Numbered from the stretch's first letter, positions 1-15,046 are shown. The stretch is 64,000 nucleotides of DNA from Eledone cirrhosa (GCA_964016885.1 OZ024746.1:41788001-41852000); one strand, 5' to 3'. Numbers and translations are program-made. Notes: a model not told the origin generated them from the sequence alone.

Positions 1-1851
1 AAACCCGAACTGCATTTCATCTAGGTCGATTCTCTCTCTGATTAGTTGCGCTATTACTTTTTCCGTGATCTTCATGACCTGGTCGATTAATTTAATGCCT
101 CTGTAGTTACTCCTATCTAGGGCGTCTCCTTTACCCTTATAACAGTTAACGATGATGCTGCTATGCCAGTCCTTCGGAACAACCCCATTCTGTACGACTT
201 GGTTAACTATGCGGGTGACCATGGTGTGTCCCACCGTGCCAGATGCCTTCAGCATCTCAGCAACTATTTCCGAAGGCCCAGCCGCTTTACCCGTCTTCAT
301 ATCCTTGATTGCCTTACTTATTATACTCCCCTCGACTAACACTGCTGGTCCCTCTATTGGGTCGATATGGGGGAGACTGTCTTTCTCCCATTTATTCTCC
401 TCATTTAGTAGCCTTTCGTAGTGACACTTCCAAGCTACCTTCTTATCAGCGTCGGTGATGGCAAGTGTGCCATCGTCGTTTAGTACACACTTCTCCCCGA
501 CAATATCACGGTTTTCCTTGACGCATTGCCTAGCAATCCTGAACACCTCACGTTTTTGGTCATCGCATTGTAGAACATGTTTGAACTTTCTTTCCTCAGC
601 TTCCCTTCTTGCTAAGTACACTTGTCTCCTAGCTTCCCTCCTGGCCACTTGATAGTCTTCTCTCCTTCCCCCATCCCGCCATACTTTCCAAGCCTGCTTT
701 TTGGCCTTAATTGACCCCTCCACCTTACTGTTCCACCACCATGTTACTCTCCTCCTGCCTACAGGCCTGCTCCAGCCACAGACTTCGTCTGTCGCCAACA
801 GCAGGTTTGCTTTCAGAAATTCCCACTCTCCCTCTATATTGTCCGACTCTAAACGTTCTTCCTTACTGTCGAAAGCATCAAGTAATATGCTTTGAAATTT
901 ATTCCTGGCTGTGGGGTCCTTTAGCTTCCATATTTTTCTCCTGAGGATAGTCCTCTTCTGCTGTCGAGTACGTCTCGTCCTGACTATGAGGTCGCTAATT
1001 ATCAGTCTATGTTGGGAGGTGCATTCTTCATGGGGGAGGGATTTGGTGTTTACAACAGACACTCTGTCACGTCTTCTGGTAAGGATATAATCTACCTGGC
1101 TTGTGTGTTCCCCGGATCTATAGGTGATCAGGTGATTGTCACGTTTTTTGAAGTTAGTGTTACAGATAGTTAGGTTGTTTGCATCACAGAATTCCAGGAT
1201 TCTGGAGCCTTCCTCATTTCTAGTACCAAACCCATAGCCTCCATGGATTTCGTCGTAGCCGTCACAATGTTGTCCAACGTGACCATTTAGGTCGCCTGCA
1301 ATAATTATATAGTCACTGTCGGATATTTGGGAGGTAGTTAGCATCAGTGTCTCATAGAATCTGTCTTTTATCGTGCCGGGCAGTCCGGATTGGGGTGCGT
1401 ACGCAGATATTACTGTCACCGTAGTTCTATTGAGGACAAGTCGTATTTTAATTATTCTGTCGTTCACTCTATTTACGTCTATTATCTTATCTGCCCACTT
1501 TTCTGCTACCATGATTCCTACTCCACCCAGCCCATCGTCGTTTCCCACCCAGAAAAGCTTATAACATCGTTTTTTACCCTCAATGAATCTAGCAGACCCA
1601 CCCCTCCACCTGGTCTCTTGAATACAACAAACATCGACCTCCTTACGTTCAAGCATTTCTACAACCTCGTTAGCGCGACCTTTTAGGGTGCCTACATTTA
1701 TGGTACCAACTCTGAAGTTTTGGATTGCGTTTGGGGGTTGGGGGCGGTGGGGGGCGGGGGGCGATGGGGTTATGTTAGCCGTCCGCGGTCGAAACAATGA
1801 GGAGTGCTCGCATTCTCGTCCAAGAGGTGAACTTGTCTTTATCTTTGGCAT
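1..1851 (-). CDS. RTE-clade LINE ORF (APE endonuclease plus start of reverse transcriptase), runs off the window start
   Basis: Manual minus-strand translation from ATG 1851: MPKIKTSS...[73 protein letters not shown]. No stop codon seen. Absent from the ORF track because its stop lies outside the window. Confidence 0.92.
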   Translation of the reverse strand, partial: MPKIKTSSPLGRECEHSSLFRPRTANITPSPPAPHRPQPPNAIQNFRVGTINVGTLKGRANEVVEMLERKEVDVCCIQETRWRGGSARFIEGKKRCYKLFWVGNDDGLGGVGIMVAEKWADKIIDVNRVNDRIIKIRLVLNRTTVTVISAYAPQSGLPGTIKDRFYETLMLTTSQISDSDYIIIAGDLNGHVGQHCDGYDEIHGGYGFGTRNEEGSRILEFCDANNLTICNTNFKKRDNHLITYRSGEHTSQVDYILTRRRDRVSVVNTKSLPHEECTSQHRLIISDLIVRTRRTRQQKRTILRRKIWKLKDPTARNKFQSILLDAFDSKEERLESDNIEGEWEFLKANLLLATDEVCGWSRPVGRRRVTWWWNSKVEGSIKAKKQAWKVWRDGGRREDYQVARREARRQVYLARREAEERKFKHVLQCDDQKREVFRIARQCVKENRDIVGEKCVLNDDGTLAITDADKKVAWKCHYERLLNEENKWEKDSLPHIDPIEGPAVLVEGSIISKAIKDMKTGKAAGPSEIVAEMLKASGTVGHTMVTRIVNQVVQNGVVPKDWHSSIIVNCYKGKGDALDRSNYRGIKLIDQVMKITEKVIAQLIRERIDLDEMQFGF

Positions 1852-1959
1852 TGCCGCTGAGCGTCCAGATTTTTCTCTCTCTCTCTCCTCCACTTTCCAG
1901 GATTCCGCAGTCCATCCATCCATCCCATCATATATCGAAAGGCAAGCGATAGTATAGGC

Positions 1960-2060
1960 CTCTGGCTTCTGATTGGTCCGCGTAATAATAATACTGGTGA
2001 TGCGTGGGGGCTCTGGCTTATGATTGGTCCACGTAATAGCAATGGTGGTGCGTGGGGGCG
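1960..2060 (-). promoter_or_regulatory. Two ~50-bp tandem units, each with a CCAAT box, in the RTE 5' UTR (candidate internal promoter)
   Basis: ctctggcttctgattggtccgcgtaat...tgcgtggggg is repeated as ctctggcttatgattggtccacgtaat...tgcgtggggg; reads CCAATCA on the element strand. Confidence 0.35.
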
Positions 2061-2404
2061 GGAGGGGTGTTGGGTAACTAGATAGAAGGTAATGATTGAA
2101 TGGGGTCCTTGCATTTAACAAGCTATTAACAAAAATACAAAATTTGTTTTGTTCAATACGACCAAAAACTTTCGTATCTAACAATTAATGGATACAAAAA
2201 ATGTAGATTGTTTTAGCGATAGATTGGTTATTTGGACTTGATACGAATATGGTTTGTGGAGGCAGAGATGAAGAGAAAAATATGTACATTACGTTACATG
2301 TAAATCGTGGTGTAGTCAGCAAAGCAATGGAATTTGGCGAAGTGAATTATATATATATATATAGAGAGAGAGAGAGGGGGGATGTGGCTGCATGATGATT
2401 GACC

Positions 2405-2830
<426 letters not shown>

Positions 2831-3231
2831 ATGTAGTTAGAGAAGCAAAAAACTGCTTAATGTGATCCAGTTTTTGGTTAAGAAAGCCAGTTTCATGGAT
2901 GGTTTCAACGTATGGTTAGGGGTAACTCCACAGGTTTGTAAGAATTCAATTTATTGTAACCATAGACTCAAAGAGAAGTTTTCGCACTACAAATCGAACC
3001 CTTCACCTCTTACTACCAACTGCAAAACTGCACATACTTAGACTTTATAACCTCTTGTATCTAAACCCTTTAATTACCCACAAAACCAATACATATATCC
3101 CCCTCTTCTCCCTCATTACTCTTCTATTTCTTTGTTTTCTTCCTTCCTTCCCTCCCCTTCTTCGCTATCTTTTCTTTTCTTCTTTCTCACCCCTTCTGTG
3201 CTTTTATTTTTGGCATTATTATCTTTATCTT

Positions 3232-3269
<38 letters not shown>

Positions 3270-3872
3270 CTCTTTATATCTCCCCCCCCACTCTCTCTCT
3301 CTCTCCCTCTCTATCCATCCCTCCCACTATGATCAATTTAATTCTCTTTAACTCACTACACTCCAGGACATAAAGTCTGCTATCAAAACTGACCAAAGAA
3401 TCCTTCCACCTCTACCCCTCCCTCCATCTCAGTTTGTCATTCTACTTCCTACCTCTTCCCCCTTCCTCTCTCTCTCTATACTATTCCATAGGTCCCCTCA
3501 CCTCCTGATTCCTCTCTCTCTATACTAGTAAATACAATTCCAAATAAATGTTTTTCTCTATATATTAAGAATTATTTCAAGAGTAACTTACTCACTATTT
3601 TGAAAATTTGGACTGTGAACAACAATTATAATTGAGTGGCTGCTATTTGCAGTATAGCAATATAAGGTAGCACTTACCAATGAAACGGTCATAAATACCT
3701 GGATAAAATCCTTCTCTTAATGCTTACCTGTGTTTTCTCTTTTATATATATATGTATATATATATATATGTAGAGAAAATTGAGGTTGGTAATGGCACAT
3801 GGAATATATAAGAGACAAAATACTTTTTTGTGAAAAAAAAATTTTATAAGGTAAGGAAATAATAAGGGTATA

Positions 3873-3922
3873 AAAAATGACCGGTTTCGATGGGTCTGCC
3901 AAAAGCCATCTTTTCAAATGTT
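3873..3922 (-). ncRNA. Degenerate hammerhead ribozyme (core mutated)
   Basis: Minus strand: aacat-TTGAAAA-gatgg(cttttggcagac)ccatc-GAAACCGGTC-atttt. Stem II and palindromic stem III are intact, but CUGANGA carries two substitutions. Confidence 0.4.
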
Positions 3923-4039
3923 GATTAATATTAAGAAAAATTAATAATACGAAGAGTTAAAATTGAGACTTGAAAATTCAAGTATAAAATTCATTGTGGG
4001 ATTTCATAGCAGTTTTCATCTAGGTAGCAACAACAAGAC

Positions 4040-4775
4040 ACCCTTATCTTAAGAGCCTTTCCACTTGAAATAATCAACAATGGAATAGACAGGGCAAAAC
4101 ACCTAAATCCCCATCAACTTAACAATCCAAAACAGAAAACCACACTCAACACCCTGCCATATGTATCCACTTTCAACCCAGAAATACCGAAATGTTTGAT
4201 CACCTACACAAAAACCTCCCCATCTTACTTAAGATGTAAAAATGAAGTCTATTCTTGAAACACACAAGATCCTTAAAAGTAAAAGACAACCCAAATCACT
4301 TAAACGCATTCTCACTGGACCAAATATACCCAAACCAATCCTCAACCCTACAGTTACCAAATGTGGTGAACAAACTGTGGAACGTGCCTCTACCTCACTG
4401 AAGGACAAACATTTACATTCAAAGATGGCCAAACATTTACAGTAAAAAACAATTTCACCTGCAACTCGGAGAACTTGATTTACGCAATAAACTTGCGGTG
4501 GGTGCAACACAACTACATAGGACAGACGGGCACATCATTACGCAAAAGAATGACCATCCACCGCCAACAAATCCGGGACGCTAACACAAGAAAAATCCCT
4601 TGAGCAGCCATATTGCGAACTGCGCAGAAATGACACTACCAACTTTAAAATCTTCCCCTTCTACAAGTGCTCAGATTCGTTCACACAGCAACAAAGAATA
4701 AACAAAGAAAATCTATTCCTCAACAAATTTAAACCAAAACTAAACGGGTTATCACCCCAATTAGAATTGTCATAA
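4040..4775 (+). pseudogene. Penelope-like element 3' ORF remnant: Cys-rich linker plus GIY-YIG endonuclease, frameshifted
   Basis: Joining frames gives ..LPYVSTFNP..KSKRQPKSLKRIL..KCGE.NCGTCLYL..FTCNSENLIYAI.CGGC..NYIGQTGTSLRKRMTIHRQQI..RINKENLFLNKFKPKLN. The NLIY-YIGQT motif is typical of PLE endonucleases. Confidence 0.85.
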
Positions 4776-5345
4776 AATATAAACACACATACGCACGGAA
4801 TCACTACTATTAAAGACCAGAGACATTCTGTAGAATCAGGTTTATTCATTGACAGACCATGCCTTTGTGTGACCAACACATCCATGTTAAACCTTGCACG
4901 TGCACACACATATATCTATATATATATGCGCACACAGAATTCACCACTGTCGGTTGCGGGGCCCAATCTACATGAAGAACTCAATGTGATCAGAATGACT
5001 TCTATTTTAATTTCACTGCCCCAACTTCTTATATTATGGAAAAAATATATGTGTCTGTATGTATATATATATATATATATATTTGAAGGCCATTTCCTCT
5101 GTGTGTGGGTGTATGTATGTGTATGTGTGTGTGTGTGTGTGTTGTATGTGTGTGCATGTGGATGTATGTATTGTGTGTGCGTGTGTGTGTGTGTGTGTAT
5201 ATATATGTGTGTGTGTGTGTGTGTATATATATGTGTGTGTATGTGTGTATATATATGTGTGGGTGTGTGTATGTTTGTATGTGTGTATGTATATAGATAT
5301 TTGTGTGTGTGTGTATATATATATGTGTGTGTATGTATGTGTGGG

Positions 5346-5545
5346 NNNNNNNNNNNNNNNNNNNNNNNNNNNNNNNNNNNNNNNNNNNNNNNNNNNNNNN
5401 NNNNNNNNNNNNNNNNNNNNNNNNNNNNNNNNNNNNNNNNNNNNNNNNNNNNNNNNNNNNNNNNNNNNNNNNNNNNNNNNNNNNNNNNNNNNNNNNNNNN
5501 NNNNNNNNNNNNNNNNNNNNNNNNNNNNNNNNNNNNNNNNNNNNN
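5346..5545. other. Assembly gap (200 N)
   Basis: Run of n characters. Confidence 1.
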
Positions 5546-6900
5546 CAGTCGTCAATGTAACGACCGTACAGTTCGGGCGTGGGGCCGGTGTACTGGGCAA
5601 AGATTTGGGCCTCAACATCGCCAACAAAAAGGTTGGCATAGTTCGGGCCATTCTTGTGCCCATGGCTACCCCCGTGACCTGTGGTAAAACTCACCCGAGA
5701 AGGAGAAACAATTTAGGGTGAGGACCAGCTCGGCGAGGTGAAGGAGGGTGGGGGGAGGGAATGGGGGAGGGGCGAAAGGTCGAGGTAGTGTTTGAGGGCG
5801 CGGAAGGCCGTCGGCGTGGGGGATGACTGTATAGAGGGACTTGATGTCTAGGGTGAAGAGGAATGGCTGAGGGCCGGGGTAGGTAGGTGAAGGAGTCGAA
5901 AAGGCGCAGGGCGTGGTTGGTGTCGGAGATGTGGGAGGGAAGGGTGGTGACAAGGGGGGCGAGGAGGGAGTCGAGAAAGGCGGAGATGAGTTCGGTGGGG
6001 CAGTTGCAAGCGGAGACGATGGGGCGGCCGGGGTTGTCGGGTTTGTGGAGTTTGGGGAGGAAGTAGATGGTGGGGGAGCGGGGGGTGCGGACGATGAGGT
6101 GGGAAGCGGGGGGGGGGGGGGGGCGATAAGATCTTTGATGGTGGAGGAGACTTGTTGTTGGTAGAGGGGGGTGGGATCGGAGGGTAGAGGGCGGTAAATG
6201 AGGGGGTTACAGAGCTGCTGAGGGCTTCGGCCGTGTAGAGGTGCCTGTAGCTTAGTGCGTCGCACGAATCGCTCGACTTCCGTTCGGGTGCGGAACTCGT
6301 CGCTGTGCGGAGTTGGGGTATGAAGCGAAGGCCTCTACTAAGGAGTGAGCGCTCAGGTGCGGAGAGGGGGAGGTCAGGGGGTATGGTGACAACAAGGGGT
6401 GGGGTTTGGGTGTTTGGGGAGGGAAGGGAGGATGTGGTGAGGGGAGAGGTGGAGGGTGGAGATTGGGTAGTGGTGTTGGTCGGGGGAGAGGTGGAGAGAG
6501 TGGTGGGCGTATGGTGATGGGTGGGTGGTGGTGGATGGGGGAGGAGTGAGTGTAGCTTGCGGGCTTTGGTGGGGCTGAGGAACAAGAAGAGGTTGTGGCT
6601 GAGGTTGTGGATGAAGGAGAGGATGGCTGGGCGAGGAGGGGTTGGCAGGTGGAGTAAAGGCGGAGGAGGGTGGGGGTCAGTTGGTGGTCAAGTAGGCGGA
6701 GGGTGGAACGGGAGGCGCGGATGGAGTTGCGCATCAGAAGGCGTGAGGATCGGGTGAGGATACATTGCGTGGACGGGGAAGCAGCGGGGGAGGGGTGGAA
6801 GTGTGGACGGAAGCCGAGGGGGGATAAGGTGGAGGCGGAGGCAGTGGCTGAGGAAATGGATGTACTTGGAGTGCCGGGTTTTGGCGAAGAGAAAGTAGGA
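5546..6900 (-). pseudogene. Penelope-like element reverse transcriptase, N-terminal part, frameshifted and cut by the gap
   Basis: Fragments: YIHFLSHCLRLHLIP; LSAPERSLLSRGLRFIP; YRPLPSDPT; YFLPKLHKPDNPGRPIVS; FLFTLDIKSLYTVIPH; LTLNCFSF; GVAMGT; GPNYANLFVG; YGRYIDD. These are PLE RT motifs. Confidence 0.9.
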
Positions 6901-7049
6901 GTATATGTATATGTATATATGTGTATATATATATATGTATATATATATATGTATAGTATATAGTATATGTATATATATATATGTAATATTATATATATTA
7001 TGAATATATACATATATATATATATACATATATATGATATATACATATA

Positions 7050-7218
7050 TTGTGAGTTCGATTCCTGGACCAGGTGATGCGTTATGTCCTTGAGCAAGAC
7101 ACTTTATTTCACGTTGCTCCTACCTGGAGTTGCGACCAATAGATATTATTAGCAATTGGAAAGACCAACGGAAACATTGTTCCCTCGGTCCGATTTGACG
7201 AAAGTCGATCGTTCCTTT
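7050..7218 (+). mobile_element. 5'-truncated tRNA-derived SINE
   Basis: B box gagttcgattcc followed by gtccttgagcaagacactttatttcacgttgctcc, shared with the SINE at 44838-45188. Confidence 0.7.
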
Positions 7219-7490
7219 ATATATATATAATATATGTATATATATATATATATATTGTATATATATATAATATATATATATAGTATATATATATATATAT
7301 AGTATATATATATGTGTATATATATATATGATATATATATATATGTGTATATATATATGTATATACTATATATGTATATATGTATATATATATATGTATA
7401 TATATATATATGTATATATGTATATATATGTATATATATATATGTATATATATATATGTATATATGTATATATATGTATATATATATATG

Positions 7491-7695
<205 letters not shown>

Positions 7696-7714
7696 GTATA
7701 TATGTATATATATG

Positions 7715-7789
<75 letters not shown>

Positions 7790-7916
7790 GTATATATATA
7801 TATGTATATATATATATATGTATATATATATATGTATATATATATATATGTATATATATATATGTATATATATATGTATATATATATGTATATATATATA
7901 TATGTATATATATATA

Positions 7917-8503
7917 TCTCATGGTCGGGTCGTTGGCGACTAAACTGGCAACCCCACCAAGGTTTCTTGGTGAGGAGGGTGACTTTGGACATCCTGCAGG
8001 ACTAAAAACAAAACCTGTCAAAGGGCAAAGGAGCTCTTAAGAGTCAATGGCCATCCAAAATCACCGGGAGAGATGACCCCTTTAGCCTTAGTCAAGGCAG
8101 AATTCTAGGAGAAGGAAAACTCTGATATAACACCTGCAACCCTGATGGTATCCAATGATGTTGACTTGTTCTTCTTTTTGGTAAATAGCATCTTGGTTAA
8201 GAGAGTGGGACTGGCTTTGTGCAGTGCCTTTGCTCACTATAAAAGCTTCACGGCACAGGCATTGCTTTATATCTGGAGATCTCTCTGCACTTGTCCTCAC
8301 ATGGGCCCAGCACTATGTGTCAATAATTGGCCTACCATGGGCCTAGCACTATGTGTCAATAATTGTCACAGGTGTAGTGTTTGTACCAGAGGTTTCAGGT
8401 CGCTGGCTGGACTAAAAAGTCACACTCGTTCAGCGCTTCGGTAGGGGTTATCCTACATGGATGTAAAGTAGTGGCCGTACTCGAAAACGAGTTGGCAGCC
8501 ACC
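7917..8503 (+). mobile_element. Non-autonomous RTE-derived element, family B (5'-truncated)
   Basis: Highly similar to 17657-18264. Ends with a C2H2-like remnant ([20 protein letters not shown]) and the tail tggccgtactcgaaaacgagttggcagccacc(at)n. Confidence 0.75.
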
Positions 8504-8527
8504 ATATATATATATATGTATATATAC

Positions 8528-8665
<138 letters not shown>

Positions 8666-8666
8666 G

Positions 8667-8713
<47 letters not shown>

Positions 8714-8756
8714 GTATATATATATATGTATATATATATATGTATATATATATATG

Positions 8757-8821
<65 letters not shown>

Positions 8822-8828
8822 GTATATA

Positions 8829-8871
<43 letters not shown>

Positions 8872-8872
8872 G

Positions 8873-8903
<31 letters not shown>

Positions 8904-9022
8904 GTATATATATATATATATGTATATATATATGTATATATATATATATATGTATATATATATGTATATATATATATATATGTATATATATATGTATATA
9001 TATATATATGTATATATATATG

Positions 9023-9093
<71 letters not shown>

Positions 9094-9106
9094 GTATATA
9101 TATATG

Positions 9107-9141
<35 letters not shown>

Positions 9142-9172
9142 GTATATATATATGTATATGTATATATATATG

Positions 9173-9219
<47 letters not shown>

Positions 9220-9384
9220 GAATATATATATATATACATATATATATATACATATATATATATACATATATATATATACATATATATATATACATATATA
9301 TACACATATATATATATATACATATATATATACATATATATACATATATATATACGTATATATATATATATATGTATGTATATG

Positions 9385-9417
<33 letters not shown>

Positions 9418-9435
9418 GTATATATATATATATGT

Positions 9436-9476
<41 letters not shown>

Positions 9477-9601
9477 TATGTATATATATATATGTATATA
9501 TATAATATATGTATATATATATGTATGTATATATATATATGTGTATATATATATGTATATATATATATGTATATATATATATGTATGTATATATATATAT
9601 G

Positions 9602-9632
<31 letters not shown>

Positions 9633-9665
9633 GCATATATAAATGTATGTATATATATATGTATG

Positions 9666-9696
<31 letters not shown>

Positions 9697-9811
9697 GTAT
9701 GTATATATATATATGTATATATATATATATGTATATGTATATATATGTATATATATATATGTATATATATGTATATATATATGTATATATATATATGTAT
9801 ATATATATATG

Positions 9812-9845
<34 letters not shown>

Positions 9846-9851
9846 TGTATA

Positions 9852-10013
<162 letters not shown>

Positions 10014-10394
10014 ATTTAGTATATCTACTAACATATGCGTACAGATGTACGCTAATGCCAGCAAATACACAGGTTATGTCATAGTACCTAGGTGGTTCGA
10101 TGCAGGAGGATGCAGAACAATAATAGTAAGTATGTTTTGAAACAGTCAGCGTGTTTGAAATTAGAAAATATATAGCTTTCACCGTATTTTTGACTAAAGG
10201 AATTTTAGCTTGATAACAGGGTTTAGAACCCTCAGATAAATGAAAAAATATGAGTATTGACGTACATATTGATGTACATATTGACGTATATATATATGTA
10301 TATATATGTATATATATGTATATATCTATATGTATATATGTATATATATGTATATATATATATATGTATATATGTATATATATATATGTATATG

Positions 10395-10425
<31 letters not shown>

Positions 10426-10488
10426 GTATATATGTATATATATATATGTATATGTATATATATATATATGTATATGTATATATATATG

Positions 10489-10519
<31 letters not shown>

Positions 10520-10756
10520 GTATATATGTATATATATATATGTATATATATATATATGTATATATGTATATATATATATGTATATGTATATATATATGTA
10601 TATATATATATGTATATGTATATATGTATATATATATGTATATATGTATATATATATGTATATATGTATATATATATATATGTATATATATGTATATATA
10701 TATGTATATATATTTATATATATATGTATATATATATATATATATGTATATATATG

Positions 10757-10789
<33 letters not shown>

Positions 10790-10842
10790 GTATATATATT
10801 TATATATATATGTATATATATATATATATATGTATATATATG

Positions 10843-10895
<53 letters not shown>

Positions 10896-10930
10896 GTATA
10901 TATATGTATATATATTTATATATATATATG

Positions 10931-11005
<75 letters not shown>

Positions 11006-11056
11006 AGATATATATGTATATAGATATATGTATATATATATATGTATATATATATG

Positions 11057-11187
<131 letters not shown>

Positions 11188-11194
11188 GTATATG

Positions 11195-11245
<51 letters not shown>

Positions 11246-11877
11246 GTATATATATATATATGTATATATATGTGTATATATATATGTGTATATATGTATA
11301 TGTATATATATATATATGTGTATATATGTATATGTATATATATATATGTATATATGTGTATATATATATATGTGTATATATATATATGTATATATATGTA
11401 TATATGTGTATATATATATGTATATATATATATGTATATATATATATGTATATATATATATGTATATATATATATGTATATAAATATATATGTATATATA
11501 TATATGTATATATATATATGTATATATATATATGTATATAAATATATATGTATATATATATATGTATATATATATATGTATATAAATATATATGTATATA
11601 TATATATGTATATATATATATGTATATATATATATGTATATAAATATATATGTATATATATGTATATATGTATATATATGTATATATGTATATATGTATA
11701 TATATGTATATATGTATATATATGTATATATATGTATATATGTATATATATGTATATATGTATATATATATATGTATATATGTATATATATATATATATA
11801 TATATGTATATAAAATATTAAAAAAATAATGAATAAAACAATGAAACATTTCCTTATATTAAACAAAAAAAGTTCAT

Positions 11878-12021
11878 TATTTAACGATCGTTTCTAGGAC
11901 ATATATGTGTTTGAATTGGCATGCATATTCAACAGATCTATGTACAAAATTATACAAAATTATACAAACTATCAAATTTAATATACATACCAACACATAT
12001 ATATGCCGTCTTCAGAAAATA
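11878..12021 (-). ncRNA. Type I hammerhead ribozyme with long stem II insertion
   Basis: Minus strand: tatttt-CTGAAGA-cggcatatatatgtgtt...aacacatatatgtccta-GAAACGATCGTT-aaata. Palindromic stem III ACGAUCGU; stem I is weak. Confidence 0.6.
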
Positions 12022-12122
12022 TTTGAATGCATCTCTTCTTTCCATGATATCCGGATTACATTGAGTTCTTCATACGGATTGGACACTACCGTAAACTCTT
12101 GGTAGATTTATCTACATATATG

Positions 12123-12179
<57 letters not shown>

Positions 12180-12180
12180 G

Positions 12181-12211
<31 letters not shown>

Positions 12212-12384
12212 GTATATGTATATATATATATGTATATATATATATGTATATATATATATGTATATATATATATGTATATATATATATATGTATATATATG
12301 TATATATATATATGTATATATATATATAAATGTATATATAGATATATATGTATATATATGTATAGATATATATGTATATATATG

Positions 12385-12416
<32 letters not shown>

Positions 12417-12581
12417 TGTATATATATGTATATATATATATATGTATACATATATATATGTATATATACACGTATATATATGTATATATATGTATATATA
12501 TGTATATATATGTATATATATGTATATATATATATATATGTATATATATATGTATATATATGTATATATATGTATATATGT

Positions 12582-12629
<48 letters not shown>

Positions 12630-12808
12630 GTATTTATGTATATATATGTATTTATGTATATATATGTATATATATATATATATGTATATATGTATATATA
12701 TGTATATATATATATATATATGTATATGTATATATATATGTATATATATGTATATATATGTATATATATGTATATATATATATGTATATATATATATGTA
12801 TATATATG

Positions 12809-12887
<79 letters not shown>

Positions 12888-12900
12888 GTATATATATATG

Positions 12901-12961
<61 letters not shown>

Positions 12962-12990
12962 ATATATATGTATGTATATATATATGTATG

Positions 12991-13021
<31 letters not shown>

Positions 13022-13198
13022 GTATATATATGTATATATATATATATGTATATATATGTATATATATATATATGTATATATATGTATATATATATATATG
13101 TATATATATGTATATATATATATATGTATATATATGTATATATATATATGTATATATATGTATATATATATATATGTATATATATGTATATATATATG

Positions 13199-13398
<200 letters not shown>

Positions 13399-13455
13399 TT
13401 TCGTTTCTGAATTTGTTTAGCAAGATTCTTTATCTGAAATCGTGTGTTGAAACCG

Positions 13456-13651
13456 ATATTGTTATACTTTGGGAGGGTTATGTTGCCAATAAGAAACCCA
13501 CACGCACCAGTTGCTTTCACTTTAATTTATTATAATAAATTTATAATAAAATTATAAATTTATTATAAATTTATTATAATAAATTGATGTGAAAGCAGCT
13601 GGTGCGTGTGTTTCTTATTGGCAACATGACCCTCCCAAAGTATAACAATAT
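13456..13651. repeat. ~195-bp fold-back inverted repeat (MITE-like)
   Basis: atattgttatactttgggagggttatgttgccaataagaaac...gtttcttattggcaacatgaccctcccaaagtataacaatat with an AT-rich centre. Confidence 0.85.
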
Positions 13652-13669
13652 ATGTATATATATATATTT

Positions 13670-14068
13670 AAAAATTAGAATCGTTTCTCTGAAATAGCTA
13701 TATATATATATATATATGAATGTATATATAGTGTATTTTGCAATACACTGTATGCTTAATAAAAAGCATTTTGAAGACCTTATGCTATTGTTTTAGAGTA
13801 GTGACAGACTAACTTACTTTAATTTCAGCAAACAGGGGGAGATAAAGCTGACAAGGCCTTGTTTCTGCATTTATTGATGCTTATCAAAGCCAACTTCTCC
13901 TCCCGTTTGCTGAGAACCTGGATGTTTTGGTTCTTATAGAATTCTAGTAAATAATCAGGAGCTGATTATACAGAGCGGTTGCCAGTCAAGCAGAAATAAA
14001 AAATTAGAATTGTTGCTCTGAAATAGCTATATATATATATGAATGTATATATAGTGTATTTTGCAATA
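13670..14068 (-). mobile_element. Diverged retrozyme-like unit (~329-bp period, about 1.2 copies), relative of the 310-bp array
   Basis: aaattagaat..ctctgaaatagctata repeats at 13672 and 14001. Shares ctctgaaatagc, cattttgaagacct, cttatagaat, agagcggttgcc and gcagaaat, in the same order, with the 310-bp monomer. Confidence 0.8.
13846..13891 (-). ncRNA. Degenerate hammerhead ribozyme in the 329-bp unit
   Basis: Minus strand: ggct-TTGATAA-gcat(caataa)atgca-GAAACAAGGCCTTGTC-agct. GUC site and palindromic stem III; core has two substitutions. Confidence 0.65.
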
Positions 14069-14364
14069 TGTGTATATATATATATGTGTATATATATATA
14101 TATGTGTATATATATATATGTGTATATATATATGTGTATATATCTATGTGTATATATATGTGTATATATATATGTGTATATATATGTATATATATATGTA
14201 TATATATATATGTGTATATATATGTGTATATATATGTGTATATATATATGTGTATATATATGTGTATATATATGTGTATATATATATGTGTATATATATG
14301 TATATATATATGTATATATATATATATATATATGTGTATATATATATATGTGTATATATATGTG

Positions 14365-14397
<33 letters not shown>

Positions 14398-14916
14398 GTA
14401 TGTGTATATATATATGTGTATATATATGTATATATATATAGGTGTATATATATATGTGCATATATTTGTATATATATATATGTGTGTATATATATATGTG
14501 TATATATTTGTATATATATATATGTGTGTATATATATATGTGTATATATATGTATATATATATATGTGTAGATATATGTATATATATGTATATATATATA
14601 TATGTGTATATATATATGTGTATATATATGTATATATATATGTATATATATGTATATATATATATGTGTAAATATATGTATATATATATATGTGTATATA
14701 TATATGTGTATATATATGTATATATATATATATGTATAGATATATGTATATATATATATATATGTGTGTATATATATGTATATATATATGTATATATATA
14801 TGTATATATATATATGTGTGTATATAGGTGTATATATATGTGTGTATATATATGTATATATATATATGTATATATATATATGTATATATATGTATATATA
14901 TATATGTATATATATG

Positions 14917-14971
<55 letters not shown>

Positions 14972-15046
14972 GTATATATATGTATATATATATATGTATA
15001 TATATATGTATATATATATATGTATATATATGTATATATATATATG

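Larger units (their letters stand above)
1..2345 (-). mobile_element. RTE LINE family A, 5' part with putative 5' UTR
   Basis: The ORF above plus about 500 bp of upstream non-repetitive sequence ending at a (TA)n/(GA)n tract. RT region is near-identical to the copies at 29070 and 46165. The 5' boundary is approximate. Confidence 0.8.

Noticed and set aside
152-1686. Plus-strand ORFs over LINE sequence (likewise the opposite-strand ORFs over other LINE copies)
   Set aside because: Antisense shadows of the retroelement reading frames.
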